From: Rebecca billardiae RCC1528
Taxonomy: Eukaryota; Protista; Haptophyta
Assembly (NCBI GenBank): GCA_965240325.2
Contig: OZ251237.1
Span: forward strand, 1,302,001-1,366,000
Direction of reading: 5' to 3'
DNA length: 64,000 bases
The notes beneath the pieces are model-generated. The model ran no database searches. It saw nothing but the letters and a program-made list of their open reading frames with translations, and was not told the DNA's origin. The position numbers were made by a program, and so were the translations under genes. Positions 57,278 through 64,000 of this stretch are shown piece by piece. The first letter of the stretch is position 1. Each line of letters starts with the position of its first letter.

Positions 57278-57585
57278 CCTGGATTATGCCGACAGTCGTG
57301 ACAGTCTTATCTTCGAGCCACTGCGACTAGCGCCTCAGCGGCAGTCAGCCCGGCCACGGGCCAAGTCTTAGTCGGAGCCTGGGATGGCGGGTAGCCTGTC
57401 AGCGGACTCATAGTCGTGATGCGCGGCCGGGGCCCCACACTCGTGATTGATTGACTAGTGCCAGTGGGACTGAGCTGACTCGGGTCGTCTGAGACTGGGG
57501 CACCGCCCGTGCCGCGCAGCCTGAGGCCTGACGCCGCGGCTTCGGACGGGCGCAGCCCGTGTTGTGAGTGTCTGGTGAGGGCTTC

Positions 57586-57972
57586 GGGCGGGCCATATCG
57601 AGAGTCACCGCTGATGGCACCATCATTAGGCGATCACTCCAGTCGGTAGTAGCTGCCCACTCGGCTGAGCCTGACTAGTGAAGCCTGCGCCGCTGGCATT
57701 CCTCAGATTGCACTACGGGCTATGGCGCACGCGCGGAGGCCGCTCCGCCTCGGCGGCCTGTTGACGGTGTCACTACTGTCACTAGCTAGCTAGTTACGTT
57801 CGATCACAGTCACACCGTGGCCGAGCAGTGGATCGGGCGGGCCATATCGAGAGTGACCGCTGATGATGGCACCATCATCGTCAGGCGATCACTGGCCGGT
57901 CGGAAGTAGCTGACCACTCGGCTGAGCCTGATCCTAGTGAAGCAGAGCGCCTGCTCAGCCCCAGGCATTCCC
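57586..57972. repeat. ~120-135-bp direct repeat, two copies
   Basis: GGGCGGGCCATATCGAGAGTxACCGCTGATG..CACTCGGCTGAGCCTGA..GGCATTCC at ~57586 and ~57835. Confidence 0.75.
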
Positions 57973-60366
57973 TAGGGGGTCCATGACAGCAGCCCATTGA
58001 TTTGTGATTTTCGACAACCATGCGATTTAGGTGTCTGATGAGCGTGGCGCTTGCGGAGTCACTTACAAATATGTCCCAGAGCCCAGCCCAGCCGTTGGAA
58101 GCACTCAAAACCGACTCCGCGCGCCGTCGCGCGGTCGTGCGCGCACGCCAGCTGCGCCACTGTGTCACATACAGATTCAGCCAAACGTCAAGGACTTGTT
58201 ATGGCGGCTAAATGACGGTATGTCGTCGGACTTACTTATTCATAACCGTTGCAACCCGCCCCAACAAAATTAAGGTGGAATTGCTAAATTTTAGTAGGCA
58301 TGATGAGTGCGCGTAGCGGTCGGTGAAAAACTACTCCAAGATCGAGCATTTTACCCATTTAATTAGAGATCCCCTACCCACACATACGCACAGACTTACC
58401 CGTTTATATATAATATGGGTGCACTCTCCTATATATATATATTCATATTGGTGCCTATATGTGGGTACCGTGTTCAATATTGAGACTGGGTCATCCGAAT
58501 AGGCGGCCGCCGCCGCGGAGCAGTCACTGCCGCTGCTCATGCCACTCGAACAGTGCCGCAGCAGGCCCGCACGGGCCTGATGCGGGCGGCGGGCTGCGTG
58601 CCGAGGCACACTAGCAAGACCACCTCTGAGCATGCCACCATCCCAACACTCGCAGGAGAGCCCTCCGGCTCCGCCGTCGAGGCTTGCGTGCGCAGACTGG
58701 CAGTCGATTGCCGCCGCCAAGCTTGCCGCGGTCCGTTCGGCGACTTCCAAGCCCGTACTCTGTGTCACCGGCATCGTCGCCGTTCGTCGTACCCCGGCCC
58801 ACGCGAGGCTGCCACCGGTTCACCACTACTGCGACGGACTGCGCGCGCTTCGCCACGCGCTCGCCCCGAAGCTCCGCCGCTCTCCTCTCGCGCTTGAGCT
58901 CGGCGCCGTCGGCAGCCATGGCCGCCCGCTCGGCCGCAGCGCGATCTGTGCCACAGCACGCGCTGCGCTCGGCTTCGTCGGCGCGCAAGCTGGCGCGCGC
59001 AGCGTCGGCGACGGCGCGCACGGTCGCCTTGCGCGACGAGTCCAGCTCCACCTGCTGCTCCGAGATGATCGCGTGCTCAGCAGGAGTCACGCGCTGCTCG
59101 TGCAGCGGCACCGTCACGCGGCCTGATGCGGAAATGCGCGGCGCGTCAGCGTCGGGGTGCGAGTCGAGGTCGCGGAAGGGGCAGCTGACGTGGGCGGCGC
59201 CCAGCAACTGGTCGTCGGTGTCCAGCTCCGCCAACCTCTCCGCCGCCGACGCGCCCAGCTTCCGGCTCAGGATGCGCTCCACGTCCTGGCGCTTGCCCTT
59301 CGACCACCTGTGCACGGTCATCAGCCAGTTGCCGATCATCTCGAGCCGCGGCGAGTCGTGGCGCGCCGAGATGCCGTGCACGTCCGCGCAGGCGTGCGCG
59401 ACCTTCTTGGGCTTCCTCATCCCACCGTCGCCCGCGGTCTGGGCGTACGCCGCGGTGAACACTCTGACCAACTGCTTGCGCTTCCTCAAGTTCTTCTCGA
59501 GCATGAGGTCCACGAGCGTGCGGAGGAGGTCGAGGAGCACGAAGTTGAGCACCGATGCGTACCGCGGGTGCGTGCCGGCCACGAAGCGGCAGCCAAAAGT
59601 GTGCATCACGTGAATGGCGCGCGCCGCCGCCGCCGTCTCCTCGACCTGCTCCACGCGGACGTTGATGTCTGGCGGCAGCTCGAGCCTTGACTGCTGCACG
59701 CCATCGTGGCCGTCCGCGGAGGAGGTGAGCCCCTCTGCGGTGCTGGCGGGGACCTCGGGCGGGTCGCACATGTCCATGGACACGCGCACATCATCATCCG
59801 CCACGCCCTGGACCTCGTCATGCCCGGCGCGGCGGCCCGCAAGTTGGTCGGCGTCGAGCGCTCCTTGCGGCCGAGGCGTCGGGGGAGAGTCTGAGCACGA
59901 GAGCGCGGTGTCGGGTGAGCGAGAAGGCTGCGTCGAGTCGTTGTCGATGTCCACCCCACCGCGTAGGTCATGTTCGTCTCCGCGTAGGTCGCCAGCACGT
60001 GCTGCTAGGACTCGCTCCTTGGTCGCGAGCAGCACACGTTGAGCACGCAGATGCAAATTATGAAGCACGAGCTTCGGTTGAACCACGACTCCCAGCGAGA
60101 GCCCGGTCCGCACGAGTCATGGCTACCCGTCCGCAGCCGCCCAGCCGCTTGACGAGGCGCCTGCACCGAGGTGGGTGCGCCCAATGGCGAGCGGACGGCC
60201 GTCGATGAGGGCCATCAGCCTCGCCGACCCCGTTCAGAGCTCCGCTCCCGCGCCGGGGCCAGCCGAGCGCGGATTTGGAATCTGCCGATCGCGAAAACCC
60301 GCCGAACAAGTTCTGAATGGAAAAGAAAAGAAAATCAAAACTCAATTTAATCTGATGGACCCCCTA
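57973..60366. mobile_element. Putative TIR DNA transposon or non-autonomous derivative (~2.4 kb)
   Basis: Perfect 13-bp inverted repeat CTAGGGGGTCCAT (57972-57984) / ATGGACCCCCTAG (60355-60367), AT-rich subterminal regions, internal ORF. Confidence 0.55.
58611..60113 (-). CDS. Hypothetical protein inside the TIR element (possibly a degenerate TE or cargo gene)
   Basis: 500-aa ORF with protein-like central composition and a coiled-coil-like C-terminal part. No recognisable motif and start uncertain. Confidence 0.35.
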   Translation of the reverse strand: MRTGLSLGVVVQPKLVLHNLHLRAQRVLLATKERVLAARAGDLRGDEHDLRGGVDIDNDSTQPSRSPDTALSCSDSPPTPRPQGALDADQLAGRRAGHDEVQGVADDDVRVSMDMCDPPEVPASTAEGLTSSADGHDGVQQSRLELPPDINVRVEQVEETAAAARAIHVMHTFGCRFVAGTHPRYASVLNFVLLDLLRTLVDLMLEKNLRKRKQLVRVFTAAYAQTAGDGGMRKPKKVAHACADVHGISARHDSPRLEMIGNWLMTVHRWSKGKRQDVERILSRKLGASAAERLAELDTDDQLLGAAHVSCPFRDLDSHPDADAPRISASGRVTVPLHEQRVTPAEHAIISEQQVELDSSRKATVRAVADAARASLRADEAERSACCGTDRAAAERAAMAADGAELKRERRAAELRGERVAKRAQSVAVVVNRWQPRVGRGTTNGDDAGDTEYGLGSRRTDRGKLGGGNRLPVCARKPRRRSRRALLRVLGWWHAQRWSC

Positions 60367-60814
60367 GAAATTCCTCTTAGTCTGCTTAAACTACATTATA
60401 AAGGCTCCTACCGTTCTGGCTACGGAGTACGCCCGACACCACTCGACAGTACCGAGACCGAGTACGGGGCTACTCGCCGGGCGCACGCGGAGGCCGCCGC
60501 TCCCGCGGCCGCCTGGGCGCCTGGCCCACCTGGCGCCTCGGCGGCCTGTGACGGCCGGCTCTGTCTGTGTCTGCCGGCTGTGCGACGGTTCCGCAATATA
60601 TATATATATATATCACGACTCACTCGTCACTCATCCGACCTCACCGGCCTTTGCCGTTTCCAGTGACGCGTGGCCGTGGCGCCCCTGCTGACTTCATCCG
60701 CCATGCCGCATTGGCGCAATCAGTTGGCAATATGAACAGTCAAGAAAGACCGGCATGCGTGCGGCGTGGCCGCCGTGAATGTCGACCGCGGGTCAGAGCC
60801 GTGATGCCTGACGC

Positions 60815-61270
60815 TCAGCACGACTCGCCAAAGCGGTCCCAACGGCAGCTGAACTCGTCTTTGATGAATTGCACCACAGGCCGGACAAGTGGAACATCGG
60901 CTGGGGGCATTGGCCTTGTGCCATCGCGGAGTTGTGCAGCGGTCACCCACTCGACCTGTTGGCCCTCCGCTCCTGTAGGCGTGCCCTCCCACTCGCGGCA
61001 TGAGAAGAGGAGCATCAGCAAGCCGTCCACGGCAACCGTGGAGAAGGACACCGGGTGCACGCTCGATGGGTCCACATCGATGGCGAGCTCCTCACGCAGC
61101 TCGCGGCAGAGGCCGACTTCAGGAGGCTCGCCAACCTCGAGCTTGCCTCCGGGGAACTCCCACAAGCCACCATGACGCTTTTCGGGCGGACGTCGCGCCA
61201 CGAGCACGCGCATCCGGTCGTCAATGAGGCATACCGCGGTGACGAGCGTGAGCCGCGTCGCAGCCACCAT
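60815..61270 (-). CDS. Nudix hydrolase, MutT/NudG type
   Basis: Nudix box GGKLEVGEPPEVGLCRELREELAI, plus VLVARRP, LWEFP, EGQQVEWV, MPPADVPLV. Confidence 0.88.
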   Translation of the reverse strand: MVAATRLTLVTAVCLIDDRMRVLVARRPPEKRHGGLWEFPGGKLEVGEPPEVGLCRELREELAIDVDPSSVHPVSFSTVAVDGLLMLLFSCREWEGTPTGAEGQQVEWVTAAQLRDGTRPMPPADVPLVRPVVQFIKDEFSCRWDRFGESC

Positions 61271-61396
61271 CGGCCGCTCCACCGAGTCGCCGACACGCGT
61301 GGCCGCGTGGGGGAGTGACGACGCGTTGGCGCGGTCTTAAAAGTATTATTTGTTCAGCATGGGGGCGGTACCCCCATACGTCGGTACCCCCATACG

Positions 61397-61477
61397 TACA
61401 GTTTATTTGTTTTAACGTGCGTACAGGCTCACGGTGGCAGGTTGCCGCGCCATCCAGTTGACTAAGAATAAAACTGT
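61397..61477. mobile_element. ~80-bp MITE-like element
   Basis: Starts TACAGTTTATT and ends AATAAAACTGT (imperfect TIR). Body matches 8663-8721 inverted. Confidence 0.5.
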
Positions 61478-61659
61478 GCCCTGGCGGGCGGGAGGGTCGG
61501 CGGGCCGTGCCAGTGCTGTCGCAATGTATCCTCTGCGGGTTCGCGTCTTTCCACATTCGCTCGTGGCCGTGGGTGACGGACAGTCGAGGGCGAGGACCAG
61601 TGACACGTGAAGTTGGCTCCCCGAAGTGTACCGAAGTCTCAGTCTGTACTCTTATGCGC

Positions 61660-62300
61660 ATCAGCGAGGCCCACACCCACGAGGGAATGTGCAGCACGCG
61701 GGGCGGGACGGGTAGCTCGTTGCTCCGCGCGAGCGCGGGTACGCGCTGTATGTGCCGCATCTCGACCGCGATGGCGTAATCGAGCGCCTCGCCGCCGCCG
61801 AAGCCGCCAGAGTAGATCGTGTGCATGTCCTCCTGCCGCCAGCCGAGAGCGGTCGTCGCGAGGATGCTTGCCGATGTCCGCTCCAGGCACGATGGGCTCG
61901 GCGCAGGTCGCGTTGACGTCGTACACGGCTGCCACGCTGAGCACGAGCGCGTTGACGTTCACGCGGTCGTCGCTCTTCGCATCTTCGACAGGTCTGGCGC
62001 CCGCGTGCTCGGCGGCACGAGGAGCTGTTGGTTGTGCGCGCGCGCGCGCACAGCGACAGCGTGTGCCACTCGCGATCGAGAGTAGGCAAGCGCTGCTCAC
62101 GCGGGCACACGAATCGCAGCGCATCAGTCACCGGCGTGACGACTTCCGCCTCGTCCCGCAGCGCCTGCGCCATGGACGAGGATGACGCGGCGATGTTGCA
62201 TGCTCGACGATTCATCTCTCTGCGGATGGCATCACGGGCTTGTCTGTGTCGCGCTGCGGCGAGGGTCGCCAACTCGCGATGACGCGGTTGCTGCCACGGC
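61660..62300 (-). pseudogene. Frameshifted coding-like remnant, probably TE-derived
   Basis: Protein-like segments switch between three minus-strand frames (MAQALRDEAEVV.., VNVNALVLSVAAVYDV.., EALDYAIAVEMRHIQRV). Confidence 0.3.
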
Positions 62301-62903
62301 GACAGACCCGGGAGGTGCGTCCGCTGCGCGTCGTACGCCGTTAGCGCTGCGCTTCCGTCGCATTGGTCACCGTCGACGCCATGCAGGCCGGACGTGGGCT
62401 TCGGCTGAGGGACCGGACCGCGAGCGAGGACGGAGTCCGGTGCGCGGATTCCGGCGATCGAGTTCGAAGGCCGCGCCAAATCTTGCGTCGCGTGCGATGG
62501 CGCTTCCCGCCCGCGAGACGCCTCGTGATGAGGGCTTTCTCGCACCGAGCCCGACGCGCGGCGGTGGATCGCGCGAGGCGGCCATCGTGCGCAGCGCCTG
62601 ATACTATGGCCGGTGCGAGCGTTCGACGTGCACGTCGGGCGAGGATCGCCCCAAGTCGCACGATCGTGTCGACGCGCCGAGCGTACCGCATCAAACGGGT
62701 CGATTTCGCCCCCGTTCGACCTGCACGCGAGACGACGAGGGCAGCAATCGCGAATCGGGCGAAAAACACCCTCGGGAGTCCCCGTACGATGTCGACGCCG
62801 GCGTTGGATTTGGCGCGCGCGGCCCACGCGCTCCGCGCCAGGCGACAGATGGTTTTCGGCCGAGCGTCCCCAGTGGGACAGCTGCGAGGGCGCACGGTAC
62901 TCA

Positions 62904-62997
62904 TTCTATGATTTAACGACACAAGTAGGACGACGCGGGTCTCCTGATTCGTCGGCGGCAGTGCCCGATCGTCGACACGAAGTTGAAAGTCGGCGTT
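62904..62997 (+). repeat. Dispersed ~90-bp repeat, copy 2
   Basis: Matches 40706-40797. Confidence 0.75.
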
Positions 62998-63211
62998 GGT
63001 GGCACTCGGTAGTGAGCGAGGCGATTTTCTTTTCTTTGCGAGGCGATTTTATTTTTCCTTTTTTCTTTTTCTTATCTTTTTCCCGGGCACTACTTAACTA
63101 GGTCTAGTACAAGGGGCGGACCTACGGCCCGCCATACTCGCACCAAAGATGCTCGCTCTGAGTCGCACACAGCTCAGGCAGGCGAGATTGACGCCCGCCA
63201 GTGGTAACGTC

Positions 63212-63436
63212 TTAACCCCTATTGTGGAACGATTTTCGGGGTTTCCGCCCCTAGGGCGAGGTAGTGCGGCTCGGCGAGCGAACTTAAGGTGTCAGGTACT
63301 GGCCATGGGTCCTACCGAAGGGACCATACACCTCTGAGGGTGCGGAGCTCGGAACTCGCCCGCCCGCGCGCGCGCGCGCGCGCGCGCCCGCGGGGTGCGT
63401 CGACGGGTCGACTGACCCCTATTGTGGAACGATTTT
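63212..63436. repeat. 22-bp direct repeat spaced 200 bp apart; first copy begins TTAA-CCCCT (piggyBac-like end)
   Basis: ACCCCTATTGTGGAACGATTTT at 63215-63236 and 63415-63436. Confidence 0.55.
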
Positions 63437-64000
63437 GGTTCCTCGCTCAGGCGGACGGTGCCACTGCTGGCTCCTGAGCGTTCGCAGTCGGCCCGCTGGC
63501 GCTCGCCGGCGCGCTGGTGGTGTGGGCACCCGCCCTCGACCCCGCAGCCGCCGGGGGGCACGTCTTGCCCGCGCGAACCCTCTCCACGATGAGTGATGCG
63601 GTCAACGAGCGTGTCCGTCATCGACGCTCGCTCGCCTTCGCGTGGCGCCTGAGCCGCCGCCGACACCACCGCTTCCAGGGCATGCTGGAGAGCGTCGAGA
63701 AGGGCGCGCCGCTGCGCAGGAAGAGAAGCGCCGCATCGATGCAGACCTGCCGCGTGGTCGGCGCGAAGCTGAGTAGCGCTATCTCTACGACCTGGTCGGT
63801 GTGCATCTGCTCGACCGTCACAGCCGCTCAGCCGCGGCTGCAGCCCCAGCGGCCTCGACGGGCTGGTCGGGTCCTTCACCATCCGACAGAGCGTGGCCAG
63901 TTGTCACGGCATATGAGCCGAAGTCGGCGACAGCTGTGCCCTCACGCCAGCTCCCCGCTCTACACACAGTCCCTGATGGCTGCATCCGGCGGGTCGTAGT

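Noticed and set aside
1-64000. tRNA or rRNA genes
   Set aside because: None recognised; the rRNA-matching 10-15-mers at 51.3-51.5 kb are better explained as snoRNA guides.

Overview
Gene-dense, very GC-rich eukaryotic nuclear DNA with short GC-rich spliceosomal introns, (TA)n/(CT)n microsatellites and bipartite targeting peptides. These features suggest a secondary-plastid alga, probably a haptophyte (inference). About 26 protein genes are supported. Housekeeping genes include FolC/FPGS, RBM42, a TPT-family transporter, a MORN/EF-hand protein, NFU1, TAF12 and RPC4/POLR3D. Enzymes include an FAD monooxygenase, two P450s, a GH10 xylanase, two tandem sulfotransferases, a patatin/cPLA2-like membrane lipase, a TylF methyltransferase and a MutT-type Nudix hydrolase. 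Several architectures are unusual. (1) A ~1840-aa predicted single-pass receptor joins an extracellular IPT/TIG domain and a bacterial BMP/PnrA-type ligand-binding domain to a cytoplasmic HET/TIR-like domain, visible only after splicing; this is the best candidate for an undescribed system. (2) An acetate kinase-phosphotransacetylase fusion. (3) A signal peptide peptidase-DUF1415 fusion. (4) An array of 11 EsV-1-7-type repeats with shuffled variable modules. (5) Box C/D snoRNAs antisense to 18S rRNA inside an RPC4 intron. The last ~8 kb is lower in GC and rich in transposon debris, including a TIR-bounded 2.4-kb element, a MITE and a possible piggyBac end. All family calls come from motif recognition by eye; no database searches were run.
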